A stretch of 64,000 nt of DNA. Source: Octopus vulgaris (Eukaryota). Positions within the stretch are counted from its first letter, which is position 1; each line of letters begins with the position of its first letter. The position numbers were made by a program, and so were the translations under genes. Of this stretch, positions 1 through 12,305 are shown piece by piece. The DNA is taken from assembly GCA_951406725.2 (NCBI GenBank), contig OX597821.1, forward strand, positions 17,918,001 to 17,982,000. Reading direction: 5' to 3'. Under the pieces are notes generated by a model. The model was not told where the DNA came from. It saw nothing but the letters and a program-made list of their open reading frames with translations, and made no database searches.

Positions 1-38
1 CATCATCATCCTCATCATCATCATCAGTAGGTAGTTTT

Positions 39-257
39 GGAGAAAAGTGAAAGTTAACTTAGGACTGAAGTCAAGAGGAGACGCCTGAAAATCACATGGG
101 AAGAATCACATGAATAACAAGGCTAGACTCACATAGCAAAAGAGGAAGAGCACGATGGAATGACAAGGAATCACGTGAAAAAAATATCGCGTAGCAGAAG
201 ACATGACAAAACTCTTGTGAAGAGCATATGTTATACAAAAGATGCAAACTCACTGTG
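39..257 (+). mobile_element. Degenerate 3' end of an RTE-like LINE followed by a (GAC/GAT)n tail
   Basis: Remnant reading KRRRLKITWEE..., resembling the RTE C-terminal R-G-R-P-K-x-T-W motif. A related copy lies at about 29788-30020. Confidence 0.4.
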
Positions 258-271
258 ATAAATTTGTTGAT

Positions 272-488
272 GGCGACGACGACGTTGACGACGACGACGT
301 TGACGACGACGACGTTGACGACGACGACGTTGACGACGACGACGTTGACGACGACGACGTTGACGACGACGGCGTTGACGACGACGGCGTTGACGACGAC
401 GGCGTTGACGACGACGGCGTTGACGACGACGGCGTTGACGACGACGACGATGATGATGATGGGGATGATGATGATGATGATGATGATT
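272..488 (+). repeat. 15-nt tandem repeat (gttgacgacgacgac/ggc)n plus (GAT)n
   Basis: Directly visible; explains the poly-T and poly-D ORFs. Confidence 0.9.
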
Positions 489-1938
489 ATGGCGAGGACA
501 ATTTTGAAGGTGGTGGTGGTGGCTGTGGTGGTAATGGTGTTTGTGGTGGTGTTGGTGGTGGTGTTGGTGGTGGTGGTGTTGTGGTGGCTGTTGTGCTATC
601 GTCAGTGATGGTGGAGGTGATGATGATAATCTGATGAAGATCCATGGAAAGTGGTTTTAAGGCACTCGTCCTATTTCCAGCCGCGTGTTTATATGAAATA
701 GATTTCCTGTCTGCAAAACAATGCAACCAGTGTAACAGACTGAATGGTAAGGCAAACAAGAGAATTCTACTTTCTGCCATTGAATCAAATTTTAAAGGGT
801 TTTGTACCAAAATAAAACTGCAGTGCCAATCGTATCTGACATTTCTGAAATTCCCTGAATTGTTTTGATGGCTTACTTTCAAAATGATCACCTCATCCAC
901 ATTAAAATATTTTTGAAGTACCTTTAGCAAACCACACATAGTTTTTAAGAATATTTCGAAGGAAAATTTGTGAACCATTAGTGGATATTACAACAGAACG
1001 GACTTGATTTCAGCTTATTTTGGTCTCATCCGTTTTAGTGTCATCAGAAGCACTCATGACTCTTCTTTGTAGGGATGAAAATAAAGTTGTCCTCGCCGGA
1101 ATTGAAGACAGAACTTAGTGAGCCTGAAGAAATGTCACAAGGCATTTTCCCCGACGCTCTCGTGATTCTGATTACTCGCTGCCTTTTGTACATGATTAAT
1201 TTAAAGAATCGAAAAACATAATTTACATAGAACATACTGAATGTAATAAAATAACCTAGATTCTACATATTCTACATATAAACTTCACAAATCAGTAAAA
1301 GCAACTTAGGCAATAAAATATTTCTCGCAAGATTTCCTCTGCACTGCAATGAAAAATTCCTGGATTTGAGTAGTAGAAAATACAGGAATACGTGTTATAA
1401 TTTTATTCAATATATTCCCCTCTCAGATTCATACACTTATTGCAGCGGAACTTCAGTTTTTCTAAGTCCTGTAACTTCTATTTCTGAAGATATCTCTCCT
1501 AAGATTTGCTAACTTGTTATCGTCGAAATAGAACTCAGAAGATAGGACCTTCAACCTGGCCTTTTGCGATGCCCTTAAGGCCAGGAAATTTTTAGCAGCA
1601 CCTCGTTAAAACATTGCTACAGCATTATGGAAATATCAGCAGAACCAAACAGTATATTCACACAGATACAAACGAACAACGTTTACGGAAGGAAATCCAT
1701 TTGAATCGACCCCAGAAAAGAACAAGGGCAGAAGAGTCAATATTTGTTCTGTTCTTGTACATGAAGTCTTCAATGAATATATGATTTTTACATATATAAT
1801 AACCACAACAAGAATAATCAAGTATACGTTAATCTAAATGTACTACTAGGTAACAATGGCAGGTCTGTTTTAACTTTTATGAGAATGGCTTAGAAGTTAA
1901 ATGAATATAAACAGAATATAGCAGTCCTCTGCTAAATA

Positions 1939-3212
1939 CGAGGGACGTTCAATAAGTAATGCCTCTGACCCACTTGCAGTTGTTTGATCTAGCAATTATT
2001 TATATCTCTATAGATTAAGTGGCAAATTACAGCTCTGAGCTAATTGTGGTTTCTAATTTACAGGTGTTTGAACTGAGTCAAGTGTGAAATGGAGCCTGCT
2101 GAGTGTCGAGCAGTGATCCGGTTTTTGTATTTGAAAGGACGCACACCACAGGAGACTTTTGATGAAATGAAAGTAACTTATGGTGATGATGCCCCATCAT
2201 ATGACCTTGTAAAACGCTGGAATCGTGAATTCAAACATGGTCGGAACTCTGTGGAAACAGCTCCCAGATCTGGTCACCCCTTCTGCCATTGATGAGGCAT
2301 CTGTCCGTCAAGTTGAGGCTGCCATTTTGGAAGATCGATGCATAACTATTCGCCAAATAGCCCATGAGGTCAAGATTAGTACCGGGTCTGTGGAAACTAT
2401 CATTCATGACCATTTGCATATGCAAAAGGTGTCTGCCAGATGGATTCCCAGGTTGCTCACACCTTTCCAGAAGCAAGAACGCGTTGAGTGCTCGAGGATG
2501 AATTTGGAGATGTGCCAAGTAGATGAGTCAAAATTTTTCAAAAGACTGATTACACAGGATGAAACCTGGGTCCATCACTATGATTCAGAGACCAAAGCCC
2601 AGTCAATGCAGTGGAAGCACCGTGACTCACCTCCTCCAAAGAAGGCAAGGGTGCAGCTCTCCGCTGGCAGGGTCATGCTCACAGTCTTCTGGGACCAGGA
2701 CGGAGTAGTGATGACAGATTTCCTGGCAAAGGGTACCACAATTACAGGAGCCTATTATGCTTCACTTTTGAGGAAATTAAGAGAAGCTATCAAAATCAAG
2801 AGGTGGGGCAAGATCAGCAAAGGCATCCTCCTCCTGCAGGACAACGCTACGGTCCACAACTCGCGTGTCGCCAGATCAGAAGCACAGGCGTGCTGCTATG
2901 AACTCCTCCCCCATTCCCCCTACGCTCCTGAGGTTGCACTCTCTGATTTTCACCTCTTCCCAGCCATGAAGTTGTTTTTGAAAGGAAAGCATTTCACAGA
3001 TGATGCAGCCTTGATTTCTAAAGTCACGTCGTGGTTGGAGGGCCAAGCTGGGGTCTTCTACAAAAACGGTCTCCAGCGCTGCATCAAACGATGGGAGAAA
3101 TGCGTAACTCTGGGTGGTTCCTATGTAGAAAAAGACTAATAACTGTGCCAAGTTTCGTTGCTCTACTGCTATGGGAAGTGGGTCAGGGGCATTACTTATT
3201 GACCGCCCCTCG
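1939..3212 (+). mobile_element. Mariner (DD34D) transposon, near full length, transposase frameshifted
   Basis: About 37-bp TIRs (cgagggacgttcaataagtaatgcctctgacccactt and its near-complement ending at 3212) with TA on both sides. Transposase is split between ORFs 2089..2292 and 2225..3139, with WIPRLL, DETW, QDNA and HSPYAPEVALSDFHLF motifs. Confidence 0.95.
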
Positions 3213-3555
3213 TATATTCCTCCTTCGGCCTGAAGGCATTTTGGGTATAGAATTGACTAATTTATCATTAGTATTGGTCGTGGTTTTCATGAAGTCCATC
3301 CCATACATTCTCAATTTTACAGTCAAGCATGGCGACTGGTTGGGAAAAAAAGGGTTTCACAGAAGTAGAAAGAAGGGGCGATAATAAAGTAATAGTGATC
3401 CCAAAACGAAGGTGCTCCTACGAGAGTGTGTGTATGTAAGAATGTGTGTTTGTGTATGTGGGGGGTAGGGGCTAGTGACCTTGACGTGTGTGGATGATGG
3501 TGCGTGGGTGTGTTGATGATGGTGTGTGGGTGTGTGGTGTGTGTGCTGGCAAGTG

Positions 3556-3613
<58 letters not shown>

Positions 3614-3802
3614 ATAATAAATATTAGGGAATAAATCCAAATTTACAAGGAAAAATCAGATTTAAGATTGAATCCAATTTTATAGTAAAATATTACATTA
3701 TAATAAATTAGAGACAAAACCACTATTATGCAAATCAAACAAAGAAAGACTTAAGCCAATACATAAAATAATTTATATAAATTAAAATTTAACAAATGAA
3801 TA

Positions 3803-3852
3803 ACCACTACGATCGTTTCGTGTCAGCACATCTTAGACATTCTTCAGATGGT
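3803..3852 (-). ncRNA. Minimal type I hammerhead ribozyme
   Basis: Reverse complement: accat CTGAAGA a tgtc..gaca c GAAAC gatc GTA gtggt. Confidence 0.75.
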
Positions 3853-3945
3853 TTCTAAACCTTCTTAGGGAGTTATAAACTATGAAGTAATTTGAATCAC
3901 AATACATCTTAAACAGCGTTTAAGAAATTACGTTATCTATATATA

Positions 3946-4059
<114 letters not shown>

Positions 4060-4138
4060 CGTAATTTCTTAAACGCTGTTTAAGATGTATTGTGATTCAA
4101 ATTACTTCATAGTTTATAACTCCTAAGAAGGTTTAGAA

Positions 4139-4188
4139 ACCACCTGAAGAATGTCTAAGATGTGCTGACACGAAACGATCGTAGTGGT
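4139..4188 (+). ncRNA. Minimal type I hammerhead ribozyme
   Basis: Stem I accac/gtggt, core CTGAAGA, stem II tgtc/gaca, GAAAC, palindromic stem III acgatcgt, GUA cleavage triplet. Confidence 0.8.
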
Positions 4189-4285
4189 TATTCATTTGAT
4201 AAATTTTAATTTATATAAATTATTTTATGTATTGGCTTAAGTCTTTCTTTGTTTGATTTGCATAATAGTGGTTTTGTCTCTAATT

Positions 4286-4338
<53 letters not shown>

Positions 4339-4459
4339 TAGATAGATATAGATATATAGATATATATATACATATATATGCATACATACGTATACATACA
4401 TACGTGCATGCATGCATACATACATACGTACATTAATACATACATACATATATCCGGGA

Positions 4460-4797
4460 TCCGGGACCCATTCGGTCACGACACTGACCATGGGATTGCA
4501 CCTAGAAAGTTACCCTCCTAGTCACAAGTCTGGGCAAGGTTGTTTATGGAAGACCAGCAGTCGCCCATGCATACCGGCCTCCCCTCTCCACGCCACCAAT
4601 GTTGTCCAAGGGAAAGGCAAAGGCCGATACAGCTTGGCACCTGTGACGTCGCAACTCATTTCTACAGCTGAGTGAACTGGAGCAACGTGAAATAAAGTGT
4701 CTTGCTCAAGAACACAACACGCAGCCCGGTCCAGGATTCAAGCCCACAACCTCACGATCGTAAGCTCGACGCTCTAACCACTGAGCCATGCGCCTTC
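4460..4797 (-). mobile_element. tRNA-derived SINE
   Basis: Minus strand begins ggcgcatggctcagtggttagagcgtcg...gggcttgaatcc (Pol III A/B box-like head). Boundaries approximate. Confidence 0.65.
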
Positions 4798-4954
4798 ACA
4801 TATATACATATATACATCTATACATACGTACATAAATACATACATACATACATACATACATGCATTGGTAATTGGCTCGAAGACATGCAAATAAACTCGA
4901 AAAAGGACGTAGCAAAAAAGAATCTTTAAAACTTTATTAGTCTATATATATATA

Positions 4955-5057
<103 letters not shown>

Positions 5058-5603
5058 GTTTATTTATATTTTCACATGCACTTTATTTGATTTTCCATTG
5101 AAGCTTTGATTTGCATGTTTTTTTCTTCTATGGCAAATTCTATGCTTTTATGTATGTTCCTTGAGACAAAACGTTAAGTCGGATAAATCACCATAGGATG
5201 ATGATTTTACGAAGAAATTCTTTATAAAAACGATGTTCCTCGAAACAACTTATGTTGAGATATGCCGGTATATATGTGTGTGGGTCTTTGTGTTTGTCCC
5301 CCACCTTTGCTTGACAACGGGTGTTGGTTTGTTTATATTCCTGTAATTTAACCGTTAGCCAAAGTTAACGACTGAGTAAGTTCTAGACTTTACTGTGATC
5401 GATTTATTTGCCTAAACCCTTCAAAGCGTTGCTCTAGCATAGCCTCGAAGGAAAATCTGAAACAAAAAAAAAAAAAAATACCATTTAGTACGGTTTTACA
5501 TCAAGCAGTCATAAGAGTGCTCCCAAAATTCCCTATATATACATACATACATACATACATACATACATACATACATACATACATACATACACACACACAT
5601 GTA

Positions 5604-6860
5604 CCGGGTGGAGAAGTAACATTTACAATGAACGTTAAGGTGTTTTTTCTCAGGAGGCACTAGGTCAATTATTTTGAAACCTAGCATATATCGATGTCAT
5701 ACTCATACCTAACACTATTATACTTACCTTTTCAGAAACTTTTGCCCATATGAGTAATCAGGAAAGCAAAAGTTAAAGAGTGTGTGATTTTCTGAATGCA
5801 CTCGTCACACCAAAGGAGATTTAAAGAATAGTTGGAGTGTCCATAAAGACTATTTATAGAATGACTATGAGCAAAACTATTACGAGGACGTCTGGAATCA
5901 ACAAAAAACATACCAAAGCTTTTATTAAAGCTCTCAAATCCCAAATCCTAAAGGATCCAACCAAATCCATGTGAAAAATGGCAATTGAACTTGAGGTAGA
6001 CAACACGACCATTAGAAATGCTGTAAAATATGATTTGAGGTTAAAATCTTACACAAGAACACCAAAACACTTGTTGACAGCTATGAAGGAAAACAGATTG
6101 TAGAGGTGCAAGAAAATTATTACATGGTTCAAGAAAAAGTCCTCGATTGTAACGATCTTTTCAGATGAAAAGATCTTTACTGTCGATGCTGTTCTGAACA
6201 GCAGAAATGACAGATTTATCGCAAAATCAACAGCTGAGGTTAAGGGGACATTCAAAACAAAAGATCCTGCTCAAGTTATGGTTTTTGGTGTTGAGGCTTC
6301 CGATGGAAAGAAAATGCCTATAAAATTCTACAAAGCTGATGAAAAGATCAATGTTAATACTTACTTCAAGACTCTGAGATACCAGGTATTGCCATGGCTT
6401 AAAGCAAACTACCCAGATAGTAATTATGTATGGACACAGGATGGTGCTCCAGCCCACACAGCTAGAAAAATACAAAATTTCTGCAAATCCAACTTTAGCA
6501 ATTTTTTTAAATCATGTTTATGGCTGCCTTCAAGCCCAGATCTAAACTTTTGGGATTATGCTATTTGGGGCGTTTTAGAACATGCTACCAATAGAACATC
6601 ACACAGCAATGTCGACTCTCTTAAAGATACTATTAAAGAAGAATGTGAGTTGTCTCCCGAATATTTGAGGAACGCCTGTGCAAGTTTCAGGAAGCGTGTG
6701 AAGGCAGTTATTGAGAAAGAAGGAGGATACATAGTATAGAAATATTTTCTATTATATAAATTGTCTTCTGGCAAATAAATTCTCATGACTTTCAATAAAC
6801 AAATTGGTCATACACTGTCTTTCAATCCCTGCCTCAAAATATTGTAAATTTTGCTTCCCC

Positions 6861-6866
<6 letters not shown>
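5604..6866 (+). mobile_element. Tc1/mariner superfamily, maT-type (DD37D) transposon, decayed
   Basis: Imperfect TIRs (ccgggtggagaagtaacatttacaat / attgtaaattttgcttccccacctta) with TA flanks. Motifs FSDEKIFTVD, QDGAPAH and SSPDLNFWD; 37 residues counted between the second and third D. Confidence 0.88.
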
Positions 6867-6916
<50 letters not shown>

Positions 6917-6920
<4 letters not shown>

Positions 6921-7302
6921 CAAAAATAAGGACAAAAGAAAAATTCTAATGCCAAATATGCCGAAAAAAAGACAAAAATTGTCAATAACCATTATAATTT
7001 ATGCGTCTCGAAACAAACCGATAGACATTTCTAAAAAAATCCGTTATTACCGTATTGGTCCCAATTTCTGGGTTAATTCATAAGAATTTCCCCCTCTTCA
7101 GCGATAAATACGTGAGATATAAGTGAAATACTTACTCATGCCCGGGCATGAGTATTGGGACCAATACAGTAATAACGGATTTTTTAAGAAATTTCTATCG
7201 GTTTGTTTCGAGACGCATAAATTATAATGGTTATTGACAATTTTTGTCTTTTTTTCGGCATATTTGGCATTAGAATTTTTCTTTTGCCCTTATTTTTGTA
7301 AA
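6917..7302. repeat. Inverted repeat (about 150 bp arms) of a Penelope-type terminal repeat
   Basis: 6917-7065 is complementary to 7155-7302. A perfect 22-bp palindrome (7133-7154) sits at the junction. Confidence 0.8.
7048..7105 (-). ncRNA. Type I hammerhead ribozyme motif
   Basis: Reverse complement: tatcg CTGAAGA ggg..ccc a GAAA ttgg-ga-cca ATA cggta. Confidence 0.65.
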
Positions 7303-7394
7303 TTATTTATAAATTTAACCTTTAAAGGTATTTTTTGATATGCTGGCCATTGATAACATTTTTTTCCCGAAAAAAAATTTTTATCCTACATTAG

Positions 7395-7436
<42 letters not shown>

Positions 7437-7481
7437 TGTGTGTGTGATAAAAAATATAAATATAAAGAAAACTATAATAAT

Positions 7482-7705
7482 AGTTATGGTTGCAAATTTT
7501 GGCACAAAGCCTGGAATTTCAGTTGGGTGTTTATGTCTATTATATCAACCTCAGTGTTCGACTGGTACTTATTTCATTGACCCCGAAAGGACGCGAGCCA
7601 AAGTCAACCTCGACGGCATTAGTATTTGAATTCAGAAAGTAAAGGAGTATGAAATATCGCTAAATATTTTGTTCAGCGTGCCAACGATCCTGGCAGCTCA
7701 CCGCG
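7482..7705 (-). mobile_element. SINE fragment (third family; other pieces at about 23820-24210, 25262-25440, 36560-36612, 50180-50335)
   Basis: Shared core 'aattttggcac...actggtacttatttcat..ccccgaaagg..aaagtcaacctcg.cgg..tttgaa..cagaa.gtaaag' recurs in several copies. Confidence 0.7.
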
Positions 7706-7951
7706 TTAGGGTTAGGGTTAGGGTTAGCAGCTGATGAGACATTACAAAGACAAATTAAATAAGAGTTATAGCGAGGGAGAAGTTCGTAAAAACAGATATG
7801 GAAACAGGCATGTATGTATGTATGTATGTATGTATGTATGTATGTATGTATGTATGTATGTATGTATGTATGTATGTATGTATGTATGTATGTGTATATA
7901 TACATTTATAATCTTACGCACAATCGCTGTAAATATGAAAAAATGACTCAC

Positions 7952-8521
7952 CGTTGTATTGTTTTGTGCAGTTCGATGTAGGCGTAAAATTGTCGGGGCA
8001 TTCGCAATATTCTTTGTCTCCTTTCATTTACCAATTGTGCAATTCCTCAAGCATAGTTATGGATGCAAATTTTGGCACAAAGCCTGGAATTTCAGTTGGG
8101 TGTTTATGTCTATTATATCAACCTCAGTGTTCGACTGGTACTTATTTCATTGTCCCGTCCAATGTGGTTTGTAGTGACATGTCATATATCCGTCCCCGTC
8201 AAAGTCACATAAATTGTGTTTACATCGGTAACAAAAGTACTGTTCTCTGGCAGTTAACTTACGGCACTGTAAACTGCGGTTATATATTACAAACGTTTCA
8301 CCGCTTCTACAATGCGACGAATTCAGGGTACAGGGCTTGGATGAAACAACTGAAGATTCTGACGTCCCTATTTTGGTGTCGTTGTTGACATCGTAATTAA
8401 TGTTGTTATCGTTGCTGCTTTTGCTGTTGTTGTCGTTGTTGTTGACGACGAAAGTGCTAGCGTTGATATACAGACATGCCATCAATGTGACAATATGTAA
8501 CAGAACAGTTGCTTCCTTCAT
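7952..8521 (-). pseudogene. Disabled tandem paralog of exon 1 of the EGF-TM-TIR gene
   Basis: Near-identical to 62053-62524 with the same ATG context and the same donor (7952/7951). Carries C>F and C>Y changes, a 98-nt replacement insertion (8055-8152) that creates a stop at 8147, and a 14-nt frameshifting difference near 8023-8036. No TM or TIR exons were seen in 1-7950. Confidence 0.85.
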
Positions 8522-9135
8522 AGTTTCTTTTACAGATATGATGCTACGTTGCTGCGATGTTGCTGGGTCAAGTGTACAACAGAGAATGAAGTGAGATTAA
8601 CATCAGATCCCAGTGCCAACTTATTAATAGAGCACTTATCAATACAAGTGACATTACATGGAAAACCCCAAACATGCGCAATCCATATTGATGGTGGAGT
8701 GGGGTGGTACTGGTGGTGGTGGTATGGTAGTCTGGGTGGTGGTGGTGGTGGTGTGGTGGTCTTGATGGTGATTGTAGTAGTGGTGGTGATTATGGTTGTT
8801 GTGGTGATGGTGGTGGTGCTGATGGTAGTTTTGGTGGAGATGGTAGTACAACGGCGTTCATTATAATAGTGCTAGATGTGATGTAGTGGTTTGTAGTAAT
8901 GGGTGTGTACTTTATATGTGGCGGCGCCGTGCGGGGGTGATTGTTGATATATATAGCGGTGACAGCTATGATGTGATAGTGGCGGCGGTGGTGGTCATCG
9001 TCGTGGTGGTGGTTGTGGTCGTAGTGAGGATCGATGTAATATTGTGGAGAGAGATACTGAAAACGACAAAAATGACACATCAAAGATTTCAGATATTCTA
9101 GAAGAAAAAACTAGATCTAGCTTTAGCACTCGGGA
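8522..9135 (-). repeat. Duplicated 5'UTR/upstream region of the EGF-TM-TIR gene (paralogous to about 62525-62890)
   Basis: 8522-8655 is almost identical to 62525-62658. Weaker similarity continues through the GT-rich tract to 'gaagaaaaa..agat.ta.cttta.cactcgggaa' at about 9100-9135 / 62855-62892. Confidence 0.75.
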
Positions 9136-9319
9136 ATAATGCAATATGTGTGTCTGTGTGTGAGCGCGCGCGTATGTCTGCGTGTGAGTGCTTATGTATA
9201 TATATGTGTGTGTGTGTAAATAGCCCATTGTCTATATCATAGTGCATTGTTATACCATTCAAAACTTTTTATTCTTTACAAACAATACACAATGCTTCAA
9301 GCGAACTACAATAGTCTCC

Positions 9320-9365
<46 letters not shown>

Positions 9366-9702
9366 TGTATGTATGTATGTATGTATGTATGTATGTATGT
9401 ATGTATGTATGCCTGTATATGTACACACACACACATACGTTTATGTACTTGCTTTGCAGACGAAACAGAACAGGAAGAGATACGTAGAATGGAGAGTTAT
9501 TGAAGTGGTCACAGGATGTATGATTCATCCAATTATGCAGTATCGCCTAATGAAATTGATCAATGATGATGCTCACAAATAATGCGGACTATATTGTACA
9601 AATCCAAAGGACACCGACTCTGATGTTAAAATCATCTGATCTGTAGAAACGTACGTAGCGATGCATTAAATATTTATAAATTCCATCCTGGTATTATTGT
9701 AG

Positions 9703-9747
<45 letters not shown>

Positions 9748-9749
<2 letters not shown>

Positions 9750-10250
9750 AATAATATGGTTGGCTTATTAGCAATTCAACAGCCTAAAGGCAAATTGATA
9801 GACGTTACTGAGGTGACAGAGGGTACTAATAAATTCCAGTATTGCTAGAAATAAAAGTCAAAACAACTCAATAGCCACAAAGCACTATCTTAATGACTGA
9901 CAAGGGGAGGCAAGCCCCTAACGGATACAGCGAAAACGACGATTTCGGGTTTTGATGCAGAACCTCTTAATCCTCATCAATGACCCATACTGCGCCTATG
10001 ATTAAACTCAACTCTCTCAGGCAGTCTTATAAGGAATCTCTAGTGTCATCTATTAATTTGCCTTTAGGTTGTTAAATTGTTAATGAGCCACCCATATTAT
10101 CTGTAATTTTTCCTTTTACCGTTTTGAAATGAGTGTATGAGTTTCAATGGTTTTCTTATAAGACTGCCAGAGGGAGTAGAGTGAAATGAAACAATTGTTG
10201 GTGAATATGTTGATTAATTAATAATTTAATTTGTATCCATTATATCTATA
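9748..10250. repeat. Decayed inverted Penelope-type terminal repeat
   Basis: 9748-9810 is complementary to 10043-10105. 10185-10245 matches 49435-49497. Hammerhead-like cores are degenerate. Confidence 0.5.
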
Positions 10251-10457
10251 ACTCGATAACACACACACACAAACTATATATATATACAAAAATGTATACA
10301 CCCTTTAACAGCTAATAACTCAACTGTTAGATTTTAACCCATTAGAATTAAGAATATGCAGTCTTCGAAACATATGTGGAGAATAAAGGAATTTTGTTAA
10401 ATCGTCGTTCGATTCTATTCTTTCATTTATATATATATATATATATGTATATCTACT

Positions 10458-11226
10458 AGCAGCTAAGCCCGGTTTCACCCGGTCTGTTTGGCTGATGCGG
10501 CTGTGATCGTTTTCGCTTAGGCATAATCTATAACACCGTTTTTCAACTTTATTATTTCGGGTCCCCTGTTTTGATTGGAGCCTCCAGCTGTATGAAAATT
10601 TTATGACCACCCCCTTGTCAGAAAGCAGCTTCAGGAGTTGTGCAGAAAGAAATTTGTACATAGTCTGTTTGTGAGAGCTATTCTATTGGACCTGTCTAAT
10701 CCCGTCTTTTAAGGTACACACACATACATAGAAAATGTGAGGTCATGGTAGAAAATTTTTACGATATGTGAATGAAAATACATGGTAGCTAGAACTGGTA
10801 GAAATAGCAGCCAAATCCCCATCAAAACACTGTCTTAATCCTACAATTCTGCGTATTATGTAGTTTGAATGAGAAACTGTAACTAAAGATTAAGATTATT
10901 AACCCCACAAAGAGGTGAAAGAAGAGAGACAGCATGTCGGAGTTTTGGCTGACTGTCATCCTGTACTCCCGTTGTTGCTAGCGAAATAGTTTATGCTGGC
11001 TGTGTGAGCAGCTGGTTGTTTTAATGGCTGAAGAAACAGAGAAATTCCGTTAGTAAAGTTTTAATCGATTTTCTCGGTAACTGTGGAGGCTAGGTAAAAA
11101 ATACAAATCGCATTCCAATCTATACACCCGTCTCCATATGTGTGCCATTTTTCATGCGAATCCACGCACCCGTTTGGCTGTGAACTTCAAGATAAAAAAG
11201 AATAATACAACGATCGCCCATGTCCA

Positions 11227-11229
<3 letters not shown>
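10458..11229 (-). mobile_element. Probable non-autonomous Helitron
   Basis: Minus-strand 3' end has a GC-rich hairpin (ccgggtgaaaccgggc) followed by CTAG. 5' boundary uncertain. Confidence 0.5.
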
Positions 11230-11294
<65 letters not shown>

Positions 11295-11434
11295 TTTATT
11301 TAAAAGCAGCAGAAATATAACAATATAATTTCCAGTGTTATATTTCTGCTGTTTTTAAATAAAGCATATTACTCTGCCTCTGGTATTTGAGTACTCTTTT
11401 TTCCACCTTGTGTCACATTTATGTGCTTACTCCG

Positions 11435-11489
<55 letters not shown>

Positions 11490-11490
<1 letters not shown>

Positions 11491-12258
11491 TAGCTTAAGG
11501 TGACCCGCTCTACGCATTCTCCCTCTTTGTTTCTCTCTCCTTTCTCTCTCACTTTCCCACTCTCTTACTCTTCCTTTCTCTCGGACTCTCTATCTTTCTC
11601 TATCTATCTCTCTCCCATTTATAAACAACAAAAGATCTTGAGTAAGTTGAGAAAGTAAAATATTTTGAAAGATCAATCATAAATATCAGGCAGTGACAAC
11701 GGAAAGGTCTGCTTCAAGGCAGACAGCAAAACACTAACATTTAAAAGGGACAGACGAACTTGCGAGCTGAATAAAAATTTAAAAGAATATTGGAAACCAA
11801 AGTTTGAAGGGATAGAATCTGAGGATAGTAGAGTCACCATGGCTGGCATTTGTTAACAACGGACAGCAACGTAGTGGCAGTTTAACGGCTGGCGTAAAAT
11901 TTTGAACTTGTTGTAAAAGAAAATTCCCAAACACCAAGTTTTGAAGTGATTCGTTCTCACGACAGTAGACTCACCATGGCAAGCATTCAAAACTTCTTCA
12001 TCATCGACAGCAACACATTAACGATTTAAAGGCTGGTAAATTTTAATCACCTTCCAGCCCCATTTAGACCCCTTTTCACATTTTGGTTAATATAACCCGA
12101 TTTCATTTGAGTCTATTCGGGCCACATTTTATAAGATGAGGAATTTTGTCCTAGAGGTCACGCCTTTAATTTGAGGGAAAAAATAGTTGTCATGCAAACT
12201 TGCCAGCACTTTTAACATAGGTGTGCATATTTTCAGCACAACCGACCACATAATGCAC

Positions 12259-12262
<4 letters not shown>
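11490..12262 (-). mobile_element. Probable non-autonomous Helitron
   Basis: CTAG terminus with a subterminal gcgtagagcgggtc hairpin-like motif, inserted in (AT)n. 5' boundary uncertain. Confidence 0.4.

Positions 12263-12305
<43 letters not shown>

Noticed and set aside
228-634. Poly-Thr and poly-Asp/Gly ORFs
   Set aside because: Translations of a 15-nt tandem repeat and trinucleotide tracts; no domain or splice support.
1636-1821. Hydrophobic ORF as the TM exon of the pseudogene copy
   Set aside because: No similarity to the real TM exon at 42851-43024 and no matching splice sites.
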